DNA of 13,433 nt from Promethearchaeota archaeon (GTDB lineage Archaea; Asgardarchaeota; Lokiarchaeia; Sigyniarchaeales; SOKP01): positions 1 through 13,433 of the forward strand of contig JBHLNZ010000077.1 in assembly GCA_048941015.1 (NCBI GenBank), read 5' to 3'. Positions 1 to 8,512 of the stretch are shown here, piece by piece. The position numbers and the translations under genes were made by a program. Numbering within the stretch: position 1 is the first letter of the stretch; every line of letters begins with the position of its first letter. The notes beneath the pieces are model-generated. The model was given only the letters and a program-made list of their open reading frames with translations. It searched no databases and was not told the origin of the DNA.

Positions 1-564
1 AAGTTAAAAATTAGAAGTGATATTTTAATCGAAAAATTAAAAAGAGCTTATATAGCGACAGTATTAAATGGCTATTCGGCAGAAGATATGATGATTGATA
101 AACTTGATGTTTTATTGGAGAAAGCATATTCAGTGAAAGATGTAGAAAAGTATAATGAGCAAATAAAGAAGATTGCAAGTTTTAACATATTATTTTATAC
201 ACCATTTCCATATTTATCTGGTAAAAAAAAGATTATTCCATATTTAAAAATGCCGAAAGAACTTCAAGAAGATTATTTGGAAGTTGTTCATTTTGAAAAG
301 TCAGGAGAAAATAAGTACCTTTTTATTGTTTCCCATTATGAATTGGGTTTATTGGGAATTATTATTAACAGTAATGAGACTTTCACTGGAATTGCTGAAA
401 ATTACACTTTAAAATTTAAATCTGAAGCGAAAGTAAAGGTTTATGCACCTAGTGAGGAATTAAAAGACACATACTTAATTCGTGCGATCATTGAAGTAAT
501 GGATAAGAGTCAGTGCGAAATAGTTTATACTTTACCTTCTTTCTTTAAAGCATTAAATCTTTAA
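1..564 (+). CDS. Hypothetical protein, C-terminal part (5' end lies outside the window)
   Basis: Frame is open with no stop from position 1 (KLKIRSDILIEKLKRAYIATVLNGYSAED) through ATG 88 to TAA 562-564. No recognisable motif. Confidence 0.7.
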   Translation, partial: KLKIRSDILIEKLKRAYIATVLNGYSAEDMMIDKLDVLLEKAYSVKDVEKYNEQIKKIASFNILFYTPFPYLSGKKKIIPYLKMPKELQEDYLEVVHFEKSGENKYLFIVSHYELGLLGIIINSNETFTGIAENYTLKFKSEAKVKVYAPSEELKDTYLIRAIIEVMDKSQCEIVYTLPSFFKALNL

Positions 565-565
565 T

Positions 566-838
566 TCATTCTTTTCTTAAATTTTTATCGCGCTGGCTAA
601 TTTGATGGCTATGAATCGCACAACTTATACAATAATATTTAGTTTTACTTGGAGCTTGAATTATTGTCCCTGATTTCTTTAATTCTGCATACATTCTACC
701 ATCTACTAATGATACCCTTCTTGTTACTGCTTTTGCTTTACTACGCGCTACAAATCGTCCACATTTGCTGCATTGGACTTTTCCATGTTGCCCTTTACTT
801 GAACCACTTTTACCGCCACTTTTTCTTTTCTTGGGAAT
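566..838 (-). CDS. rps26e: 30S ribosomal protein S26e (eS26), probable ATT start; missed by the ORF track
   Basis: Manual translation gives (M/I)PKKRKSGGKSGSSKGQHGKVQCSKCGRFVARSKAKAVTRRVSLVDGRMYAELKKSGTIIQAPSKTKYYCISCAIHSHQISQRDKNLRKE*. It has the MPKKR-type N-terminus and the CxxC...YCISCAIH zinc motif. It lies downstream of the CDP-alcohol phosphatidyltransferase, an adjacency known from other archaea. Confidence 0.96.
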   Translation of the reverse strand: MPKKRKSGGKSGSSKGQHGKVQCSKCGRFVARSKAKAVTRRVSLVDGRMYAELKKSGTIIQAPSKTKYYCISCAIHSHQISQRDKNLRKE

Positions 839-974
839 GAAAATCAGCCTATAATAATAATTCTAATCTAATTTCTTGTTTTCAAATATTTGAATAAGAC
901 AAAACTTAAAAAATTTATTATTTCCCTTGAGTTTTAACCATTTTAACGAATTTTCGTAATTTCAATTATTATTA

Positions 975-1661
975 TTAATTCTGAGTTTTATGGGGCTTTA
1001 ATGATTTAAATGAAAATATAAGCCTTTGAATCACTGTTATTAAAAGCAATCCAATATACACCAGAATAAAAATTGGGAAAAATAATGTAAAAGGAGTTCC
1101 TAAAATTAAATCTGTAAAGTAATAAATAAAAAATTCGGTAATAAAGGCAAACCATAAAAATATTAATCTTTCTGCTCTTTCCATGAAACCTACACCCCTC
1201 ATTTCAATGCCTTCATTTTCTGCTCTTGCTCTAATGTAGGAGATCATTATTACTAAAAATAACATAATATAGCCTACTACGAAATTTATTAACTTACTAA
1301 AAATTAAACCAAGAATTATAACTGCATCAGAGAGACGGTCTAAATTGGAATCTAAAAAGGCTCCCGATTTCGAAAGATTTTTAGTTCTTCTAGCAACCTC
1401 TCCATCAAAAACATCAAACGCTCCAGCCCAAAACATAAAAAAAGGAATCATCCATGATAACCAGAAATTATGAATAAATTCCATTGCTAAAAAGATTGCC
1501 ACACATACAGAAAATAAAAAACCAAAATAAGAAATAAGGTTAGGAGTGAAATTGTGCCTAATAAGATAATTTACTGGATGATCTATGAATCTATCTAAAA
1601 TTTTTCTTTGATTTGCTCGTTTATTATTTACTAATTCTTTTTCGCTCAAAATGATATCCAA
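975..1661 (-). CDS. CDP-alcohol phosphatidyltransferase (archaetidylinositol-phosphate synthase/PgsA-like)
   Basis: Signature DVFDGEVARR...GAFLDSNLDRLSD, TPN motif, SYIRARAE and GFMERAER; multiple TM helices; TTG start. Confidence 0.92.
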   Translation of the reverse strand: MDIILSEKELVNNKRANQRKILDRFIDHPVNYLIRHNFTPNLISYFGFLFSVCVAIFLAMEFIHNFWLSWMIPFFMFWAGAFDVFDGEVARRTKNLSKSGAFLDSNLDRLSDAVIILGLIFSKLINFVVGYIMLFLVIMISYIRARAENEGIEMRGVGFMERAERLIFLWFAFITEFFIYYFTDLILGTPFTLFFPIFILVYIGLLLITVIQRLIFSFKSLKPHKTQN

Positions 1662-1713
1662 GAACCATTATAGAAATAATTATATTCTAAAGTTCTTTAT
1701 AATAAAAAATTTT

Positions 1714-2313
1714 TCATATTTTTAACATAAGATTCAATTTTATTAGACTAATTACTGAAGAAGCTAAAAATGATTGGTATCCTAAACTTAAATTGGGTAG
1801 ATCTAATTCTTTCAATTCGGGTGATTCTATAAATTCACCACTTTGACTCCCTATCACGAAAACAACATTATTTCTTGAAAGAATCTCTACTTTATATTTA
1901 AAAAAATCTTCGCCACTTTCATTAAGAATATATATATTATATCCTTGCTCTCTCTTTAACTTTATTGCATCAATAATATTTATATCTCTATGTTCAATTG
2001 AGTTTAAAGGATTAACTTGCTTATTATTTCTGACTTGCCCTTCCTTTATTAACTTAACAAAATAATCGGTTAGAAGAATTTCATTTTTAGGAAATAACTG
2101 ATAATCTAATGAATTTGGATCAAAGATATATGTTCCATACTTTTCTAAAAAAGTCCAAATTTGAAAGTCTCTCTCGAATCCACCATCCTTTATTAAAGCA
2201 GATATTATGCACCTAGAAATTACATCAAATCTGCCGGAACTACCCGGAATATCTTTGATATTATACTTATCGATATTTACCGTGTTAGAATTAATGAAGA
2301 AGATAATAGTCAT
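1714..2313 (-). CDS. trmY: tRNA (pseudouridine54-N1)-methyltransferase, SPOUT family
   Basis: DIPGSSGRFDVISRC matches the TrmY D(L/I)PGSxGRxD motif. C-terminal SPOUT knot LNESG...FVIGSQSG...LSLG. Confidence 0.85.
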   Translation of the reverse strand: MTIIFFINSNTVNIDKYNIKDIPGSSGRFDVISRCIISALIKDGGFERDFQIWTFLEKYGTYIFDPNSLDYQLFPKNEILLTDYFVKLIKEGQVRNNKQVNPLNSIEHRDINIIDAIKLKREQGYNIYILNESGEDFFKYKVEILSRNNVVFVIGSQSGEFIESPELKELDLPNLSLGYQSFLASSVISLIKLNLMLKI

Positions 2314-2319
2314 TTTAGA

Positions 2320-2814
2320 TTAAATCTTTTTTAATTGCCATATTAAAATATAATTTATAAAAGCAACAACTGTAAGACTAAATTGGATCGCAAAGAAGAA
2401 AATTGGTATTCTACAATCTGGACCCATTAAATTTAAAAATATTGGTGTTAAAGTTTGAGCAATTAACCAACAAGCAACTGTAGCGAGATATGCATAAATA
2501 AACCTTTTTTTATATTTAGAAACTGCATGCGACTGATCTGTTTTAGAAAGTAGATTAAATGCTGCTTTACCTATATAAGATAATTTATATTTACTTTCTT
2601 TAGAATTTAACAATGGAATTAAACTTTTCAAGTGATAAGATAATGTCGGTGAGTCTATTGTACCAATTTGTTTTTGAATTGAAGAAAATGTCAGTCCATT
2701 TTCATTTCCTACTATTTTAATAATATCCCTTCTAACTTTATGACTAAGAGATTTAAATATTTCTTCTTCGTCAATAACTTCTTCCTTAAATTTCATTTTT
2801 TCATCTAAAGTCAT
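2320..2814 (-). CDS. Membrane-anchored ArsR-like winged-helix transcription regulator
   Basis: IFKSLSHKVRRDII...SPTLSYHLKSL...YKLSYIG wHTH, followed by two hydrophobic C-terminal helices. Confidence 0.8.
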   Translation of the reverse strand: MTLDEKMKFKEEVIDEEEIFKSLSHKVRRDIIKIVGNENGLTFSSIQKQIGTIDSPTLSYHLKSLIPLLNSKESKYKLSYIGKAAFNLLSKTDQSHAVSKYKKRFIYAYLATVACWLIAQTLTPIFLNLMGPDCRIPIFFFAIQFSLTVVAFINYILIWQLKKI

Positions 2815-2871
2815 ACTACATCATTTTCTTTACGAAAGTAGGATTCACCATATCTAATTATATTATAAATT

Positions 2872-2927
2872 ATTTCCTTAGTAAATAATTTTTAACTTAA
2901 TTTCCTTAGTAAAAAAACCCTTACTAA
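2872..2927. promoter_or_regulatory. Candidate tandem operator TTAGTAA-N8-TTACTAA in the divergent promoter
   Basis: 14-bp direct repeat ATTTCCTTAGTAAA at 2872-2885 and 2900-2913. Perfect inverted repeat TTAGTAA (2906-2912)/TTACTAA (2921-2927). The first copy has a degenerate partner TAACTTA (2893-2899) at the same spacing. Confidence 0.55.
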
Positions 2928-3094
2928 AAAGTTCTACACTTGGTATTATAAATATTTAGTCTTGTTATATTGAATTAAGAAAAATTGGACTACAATTTTT
3001 TTAATTAAGAATCTACCTGAAAATTTCGTGAAAATCAATTAGAAATCTAAAATTTTTGATCAATTTATAATTGAAAACAAAAGGAATTTAGAAA

Positions 3095-4087
3095 ATGGAA
3101 GTAAGAATAAACACTATAAAAAATAAGCAAAGGGATGATATTGCTATTGAGGCATTTAATATCAAGAAATACTTTGAGAATGTTAAAGCTTTAAATGGAA
3201 TTTCCTTTAAAATTAGAAGAGGTGAATGTTTCGGATTTCTTGGTCCAAATGGTGCTGGCAAAACTACAATGATTAATGTATTGTCATGCTATTTGAAACC
3301 TAATGCTGGAAGTGCGTATGTTGCCGGTTATAATGTTGTAAAGGAGCATGCTGAAGTGAAAAAAAACATAGGTATTGCTCCTCAGGAAAATATATTTTAT
3401 GATGAGCTAAGAGTCTACGAAAACTTAATTTTTTTTGGCAAAATGTATAGTATTGATTCTAACCTCCTTAAAAAAAGAGCAAATGAGCTTATTAAAAAAG
3501 TCGGCTTAGAAGAAAAAAGAAAAATCAAAGCAGAAAAATTAAGTGGTGGCATGAAAAAACGGTTGAATTTAATAATAGGACTTGTTCACGATCCTGATAT
3601 TCTATTTCTAGACGAACCTACAGCTGGATTAGATCCTCAAACGAGGAGGCTTATATGGGACTATCTTTTCGAATTAAAATCTCGCAATAAAACTATTTTT
3701 CTTACTACTCATTATATGGATGAGGCTGACATACTTTCAGACAGATTAGCAATAATCGATCATGGAAAAATTATCGCAGAAGGATCACCCGAACATTTAA
3801 AGGAAACTATAGGGAAAGGAGATTTACTTAATTTAAAAATAGAAGGGGTCAAATCAAATCTTTTGAAATCTATTGAGGAATTAAAGAATAATGAATATGT
3901 TTTAGATGCATTTTATGTAGAAGAAGAGATGCTAACTCGAGTTAGTGCTATGGATGGTATTGGAAAAATTGGTAAAATATTGAAAATTTTCACACAAAAC
4001 AATCTACAGGTTGTTGATGTTGGAGTTCAAAGAAATAGTCTAGAAAATGTTTTTTTAGCTTTAACAGGAAGATCTTTAAGAGAATAG
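3095..4087 (+). CDS. ABC-2/DrrA-type exporter ATP-binding protein
   Basis: Walker A GPNGAGKTT, signature LSGGMKKR, Walker B LFLDEPT, TTHYMDEA, and C-terminal SLENVFLALTG. Confidence 0.95.
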   Translation: MEVRINTIKNKQRDDIAIEAFNIKKYFENVKALNGISFKIRRGECFGFLGPNGAGKTTMINVLSCYLKPNAGSAYVAGYNVVKEHAEVKKNIGIAPQENIFYDELRVYENLIFFGKMYSIDSNLLKKRANELIKKVGLEEKRKIKAEKLSGGMKKRLNLIIGLVHDPDILFLDEPTAGLDPQTRRLIWDYLFELKSRNKTIFLTTHYMDEADILSDRLAIIDHGKIIAEGSPEHLKETIGKGDLLNLKIEGVKSNLLKSIEELKNNEYVLDAFYVEEEMLTRVSAMDGIGKIGKILKIFTQNNLQVVDVGVQRNSLENVFLALTGRSLRE

Positions 4088-4102
4088 GAGGAGTAATTAA
4101 AA

Positions 4103-5650
4103 ATGTCAAGATTTATTGTATTAGTAAAAAAAAATCTTTTAAGATTTATTAGAAATCCTAAAACGATTGGCTTTTTAATTTTTATCCCTATCCTGTATTA
4201 TTTAATATTAGGATTTATTTTTGGGGGGATAGATTTTAGTGATACTACTGCTACATATAATATCGGATGGGTTGATAATGATAATACAACAGCTGATTAC
4301 ATTCAGCATCCTCATTACAATTTGGATTACATTTTCAATATAACAAATGATATAACTGGAATTCAATTATTAAAATACTCATCAATTGTTGATGCGAAAG
4401 ATGCATCTCTAGAAGGGGATATAATATCTTATGTAGTATTTCCTGATGGATTCGAATCATATTTAGAAAGTCGTTCTTTTGTGGATATAGCATTTTGGAA
4501 TAATGATTCATCGAGTTCGGCTAACTTCTCAGTCATCGATTTTTATATATCGTTAGTATCAACAACAGCAGGTATCTTTAAGTTTACCTATATTCCTGAT
4601 TCAGCTACTGCCAATACTATTATCACAAATTTCGATGATTATGAATATGATGGAATGCTCATTTTAAACCAAAATTTTTTATTTGGTTTAGATAATGATT
4701 TAAATGTAAATATGAGCTATATGTTTAGAAATGGAACTTCAATATCAAAGAATTATTATGTAATAGGAACAATACAATCGCTAGCAAATAATTATTTTCA
4801 CATTTTAGGTGCAATTTCTAATATTAGTATTCCAGAGCAGTATAATAATGCTATTGATAATTCGACTCAATTTTCATCCATGAGTTTTGACATTTATTTT
4901 CTGCAAACTGTTTCCCCAGCAATTCAAGCAACTGTCGAAAATATAATAGTACAGGTATTATCAGGAGTGGTTAATAATAATCCAGCAGAAATTAAAATAA
5001 ACCATGAGAAAAGAAGTACAGTAGGTACAGTTGTAAATAATATCACTTTTTCAGCACCAGGTTATTTATTATATGGACCTATGACAATTCTTTCATTTGC
5101 GTTGATTATTCTAACTGGAGAAAAAAAAGAAGGCATATATAAACGCCTCTCTTCCACAGAAGTTAAAAACTGGGAACTTATTTTGTCAAGTATTGTATCG
5201 AATATTATGTTAGTATTTTTGCAATTTGGTATTGGATCTTTTATCCTTTCATTGTTTGGGTGGAATCCTGTTGTTAATTCCCTTTTCGACATGATTTTCG
5301 GCATTATATTGACAATGTTTTTGTTCTCATTTTTATTGCTAGCATTAGCTTTCGCATTAGCACCTGTATTTAAGGATCCTGATTCAGCTGGTGGTGGAGT
5401 GTGGATTATAATCATCCCCTTAGCAATGGTTAGTGGTATTTTTGTACCTCTTGAACTGTTTGGCGATTTTATGAAAAATTTGGCAGCTTGGTTACCTACT
5501 AGATTTGCGGTAGTAGCTTTACAGAATATTTTGTTGAATGGACAATCATTATTTTATCCAGAGACTCTCATAAATCTTGGATTATTAACCTTATATTCTA
5601 CTATAATTTTCATAATAGGGATTAGAGCGTTTAATAAATTTAAGAAATAA
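4103..5650 (+). CDS. ABC-2 type exporter permease with enlarged extracellular domain
   Basis: One N-terminal TM, a large Asn/Ser/Thr-rich loop, then a TM bundle with EKKEGIYKRL and SGIFVP...WLPT motifs. SD GGAGG upstream. Confidence 0.9.
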   Translation: MSRFIVLVKKNLLRFIRNPKTIGFLIFIPILYYLILGFIFGGIDFSDTTATYNIGWVDNDNTTADYIQHPHYNLDYIFNITNDITGIQLLKYSSIVDAKDASLEGDIISYVVFPDGFESYLESRSFVDIAFWNNDSSSSANFSVIDFYISLVSTTAGIFKFTYIPDSATANTIITNFDDYEYDGMLILNQNFLFGLDNDLNVNMSYMFRNGTSISKNYYVIGTIQSLANNYFHILGAISNISIPEQYNNAIDNSTQFSSMSFDIYFLQTVSPAIQATVENIIVQVLSGVVNNNPAEIKINHEKRSTVGTVVNNITFSAPGYLLYGPMTILSFALIILTGEKKEGIYKRLSSTEVKNWELILSSIVSNIMLVFLQFGIGSFILSLFGWNPVVNSLFDMIFGIILTMFLFSFLLLALAFALAPVFKDPDSAGGGVWIIIIPLAMVSGIFVPLELFGDFMKNLAAWLPTRFAVVALQNILLNGQSLFYPETLINLGLLTLYSTIIFIIGIRAFNKFKK

Positions 5651-5721
5651 ATATTTTTATAAATTTTCGAAATTCATTTAAAGAAAGGAAAAAAATAGAA
5701 ATTAAACAGATAATTATGAAT

Positions 5722-6045
5722 TTAAATTTGCTTCTGAGATGATATAGTTTCTTTTTTCTTGTATTTTATTATATAAAAAGCAAATAAAATTAATCCTACT
5801 GAAACCACTATACCGATAATCCCTGCTAAATATTCATTTTGAATCCAACTTAAGAAGGGTATCCATGGAGATGGTAAGTTTTCAAGCCATGATTCGCTAT
5901 TATTGTCTATTAAAACTCTTTCTAAGCCATCTGGGTTCTCAGAAAGAATTCCAATAGTAAAACCGATAGCAATCATTAACATTAATACAGCTACAATTAT
6001 TACTACTGTAATTAATGGCCATTTATATTTATTAATATTAACCAT
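5722..6045 (-). CDS. PDGLE-domain ECF accessory protein (NikN-like)
   Basis: SENPDGLE motif between two TM helices; directly downstream of the M subunit. Confidence 0.88.
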   Translation of the reverse strand: MVNINKYKWPLITVVIIVAVLMLMIAIGFTIGILSENPDGLERVLIDNNSESWLENLPSPWIPFLSWIQNEYLAGIIGIVVSVGLILFAFYIIKYKKKETISSQKQI

Positions 6046-6047
6046 CT

Positions 6048-6719
6048 CTATTTTACCCCCAAGAAAGACTCTGTAGTAATGAATTCTGGTTTAACCTTAT
6101 AAATATAAAAAATTATTAATGCTGAAATAATGCCTTCTCCAATTCCAATAAATAGGTGCCAAAAAACCATTGCTGAAACTGCAATCAAAAATGGAACTGC
6201 TCCAGCAATTCCTATTTCAATTCCACAAATAAAAGAAGCTAGGACAATTGCAATATAAGAACCAATAGCAGTAGCAAGCGTGACTTTTGTTATTTTCTTC
6301 CATGATGTTCTATTCAAAATCAAAATCAATCCTTTAACAATAAAAAAGCCTATGATACCACCAATTATTCCCATATTAAATGTATTTGCTCCTAAAGCTG
6401 TAATCCCTCCATCTCCAAAAAGACTCTGGACAACTAAGATTAAAAAAAGAACTATTACAGAAGCCCATGGTCCCAAAATAACAGCAATCATAGTTCCTCC
6501 TACTAAATGCCCAGAAGTTCCTCCCGGTACTGGATAATTAACAAATTGGAAAGCAAATATTACTGCTGCTAAAACTCCGATATATGGAATCAATTTCTCA
6601 GATTCTTCTTCTTCAAAGAGTTTTTTGATTTTAAAATACCCAATAATCATAATGGTGATCGCTATAATCCATAAAACTACTAAAGTAATGGGATCTAATA
6701 AACCGTCAGGAATGTGCAA
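6048..6719 (-). CDS. nikM: Ni/Co ECF transporter substrate-binding component (NikM/CbiM family; MHIPDG suggests the nickel type)
   Basis: N-terminal MHIPDG metal-binding motif (TTG start), GTSGH, GDGGITALGAN and IGIGEG. Confidence 0.9.
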   Translation of the reverse strand: MHIPDGLLDPITLVVLWIIAITIMIIGYFKIKKLFEEEESEKLIPYIGVLAAVIFAFQFVNYPVPGGTSGHLVGGTMIAVILGPWASVIVLFLILVVQSLFGDGGITALGANTFNMGIIGGIIGFFIVKGLILILNRTSWKKITKVTLATAIGSYIAIVLASFICGIEIGIAGAVPFLIAVSAMVFWHLFIGIGEGIISALIIFYIYKVKPEFITTESFLGVK

Positions 6720-6784
6720 TTTTAAACTACCAATATTTTATTATAGATTCATTTTTCTTTAATGAATAATATTTAATTGTAATT

Positions 6785-6847
6785 TAGTATGATTTTTAAA
6801 TAATGTTACTATTTTATAATCCAGTATGAAGTAATAAATTCTTGCTG
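6785..6847. promoter_or_regulatory. Candidate metal-regulator operators in the divergent MN/QO promoter
   Basis: Imperfect inverted repeats TAGTATGA-N11-TGTTACTA (6785-6811) and CAGTATGAA-N8-TTCTTGCTG (6822-6847), both containing AGTATGA. Confidence 0.35.
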
Positions 6848-6887
6848 TAAAATAGAATTAAGTTAAAAATTAGAGAGTATATATGCT

Positions 6888-7694
6888 TTGAAAGGAATCC
6901 TACCGTTTAAACATGAAGATAAGAAAAATTTTTTAAACCAAATCCATCCACTCATAAGATTCATTTTACCCTTTATTTTAGTTTTGCCGTTTCTAATAAT
7001 TAATAATATTTACTTGGCATTTACTATAATTCTTTTTACCATTTTTTTAAATATTGTTTTTAAGTTAAGAGTCTTTTATATTCTCTTTAAGTTAAGAGTT
7101 TTAATTCCTTTTTTATTGATACTGACAATATTTATTCCACTTTACATTGGTGATTCTCTTATTTTTCAAATTAAACTAGGATTTACTATAAATATTTACT
7201 CAGAAGGATTAAATTTGGCAATTCTTATTTTTCTAAGAGTAATTGGAGCAGCCTTTACTTTTATGACTTTCTTCTCTTCATTAACATATTCAGAATTCAT
7301 TGAAACTTTAATAATAATTAGACTAATCCCCTCATTTTTTATTGGGAGTATAGTTATCATGTTACATTACATTCCTATTTTAGCAAGCTCAAATCGAAAA
7401 ATTCTAGAGGCTCAAGAATTACGTGGCAAAAATTTAACGAGTTATTGGCTAAAACTTAGGACTCATGCATTTATTATGGGTAAAAATTTAATTCATAACT
7501 TACAACGTAGTGAAAAATTGTATGAAAGTCTGAAAATGAGAGGATTTACAGGAAAGATTACTTTTGTTACAAAAAAGCTTAAAATTTTAGATTTTGCATT
7601 TTTATTTTTTTTCCTTTTTGTTATTTTTTCTTTTATTTTTCTTATCGATTTAGATATGATCTATAAGGAGGTTTTCGCATTATTCTGGCTGTAG
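6888..7694 (+). CDS. ECF transporter transmembrane component T (NikQ/CbiQ family)
   Basis: LNQIHPLIR N-terminus, TM helices, and AQELRG and SLKMRGF coupling motifs; TTG start. Confidence 0.9.
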   Translation: MKGILPFKHEDKKNFLNQIHPLIRFILPFILVLPFLIINNIYLAFTIILFTIFLNIVFKLRVFYILFKLRVLIPFLLILTIFIPLYIGDSLIFQIKLGFTINIYSEGLNLAILIFLRVIGAAFTFMTFFSSLTYSEFIETLIIIRLIPSFFIGSIVIMLHYIPILASSNRKILEAQELRGKNLTSYWLKLRTHAFIMGKNLIHNLQRSEKLYESLKMRGFTGKITFVTKKLKILDFAFLFFFLFVIFSFIFLIDLDMIYKEVFALFWL

Positions 7695-8431
7695 AAGTTA
7701 ATAATTTAAATTTTAGTTATAATTCAACTTTTCAGATTAAAAACATGTCATTACATGTTGAAGAGAATTCCGTCTATGCTCTAACAGGAAATAACGGATC
7801 AGGTAAAACTACGCTATTAAGACTTTTAGTAGGATTATTGAAGCCAAACTCAGGACAAATTAAAGTATTCAATGAACTACTCACTCGAAATAAAAAACAA
7901 TTATGGAGAATTAGACAGAAAATAGGATTTTTATTTCAAAATCCAGATGATCAACTTTTTGCTCCAACTATTGAAGAAGATATAGCATTCGGGGCAAGAA
8001 ATCTGAAGTTTAATGAAAATGAAGTAAAAAGTAGATTGATGTGGGCTTTAAATGCTGTAGATTTAACCGAATTTAAACATTTTTCTCCATTTGACCTTTC
8101 ATGGGGTCAGAAGAAGAGAGCTGCTTTAGCTGGTTTATTAGTAATGAAACCAAAATTATTAATTTTGGATGAACCTTTCGCTAATCTGGATTTTAAATCG
8201 ATATACAATCATCTAGAAATCTTTGAAAAATTAAGAAAGGAAAATAATATGACTATATTATTTACAACTCATAATATCTTTTTTGTAGAAAATTGGGCAC
8301 ATAGGATGCTTTTTCTTCATAACGGTGAAAAAATATATGAAGGATCTCCTAAAGAAGGACTGAAGAATCCACTTGTTATGAATTTAGTTGGATCCTATAA
8401 TGACTTTTTAGATTTATTAAATAAATCTTAA
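7679..8431 (+). CDS. ECF transporter ATPase (NikO/CbiO family); true start probably ATT/CTG at 7679-7687 rather than ATG 7745
   Basis: GNNGSGKTT, FQNPDDQLF, LSWGQKKR and LDEP motifs. The in-frame upstream extension IILAVEVNNLNFSY is the usual first strand of ABC ATPases. SD AAGGAGGT at 7665-7672. Confidence 0.92.
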   Translation: MILAVEVNNLNFSYNSTFQIKNMSLHVEENSVYALTGNNGSGKTTLLRLLVGLLKPNSGQIKVFNELLTRNKKQLWRIRQKIGFLFQNPDDQLFAPTIEEDIAFGARNLKFNENEVKSRLMWALNAVDLTEFKHFSPFDLSWGQKKRAALAGLLVMKPKLLILDEPFANLDFKSIYNHLEIFEKLRKENNMTILFTTHNIFFVENWAHRMLFLHNGEKIYEGSPKEGLKNPLVMNLVGSYNDFLDLLNKS

Positions 8432-8512
8432 AATGAAAATCTATAAATATAAATTAGACAAAATAATGATTAAATTTTTTAGCTTAATGATTTTATTATA
8501 ATTTGGGAAATA

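Noticed and set aside
649-840. 63-aa + strand ORF
   Set aside because: Antisense shadow of rps26e.
5062-5415. 117-aa - strand ORF
   Set aside because: Lies entirely antisense within the ABC permease; no motif.
6280-6537. 85-aa + strand ORF
   Set aside because: Antisense within nikM.
8433-8501. 22-aa ORF immediately after the ECF ATPase
   Set aside because: Low-complexity AT-rich sequence with no SD or motif; likely chance.
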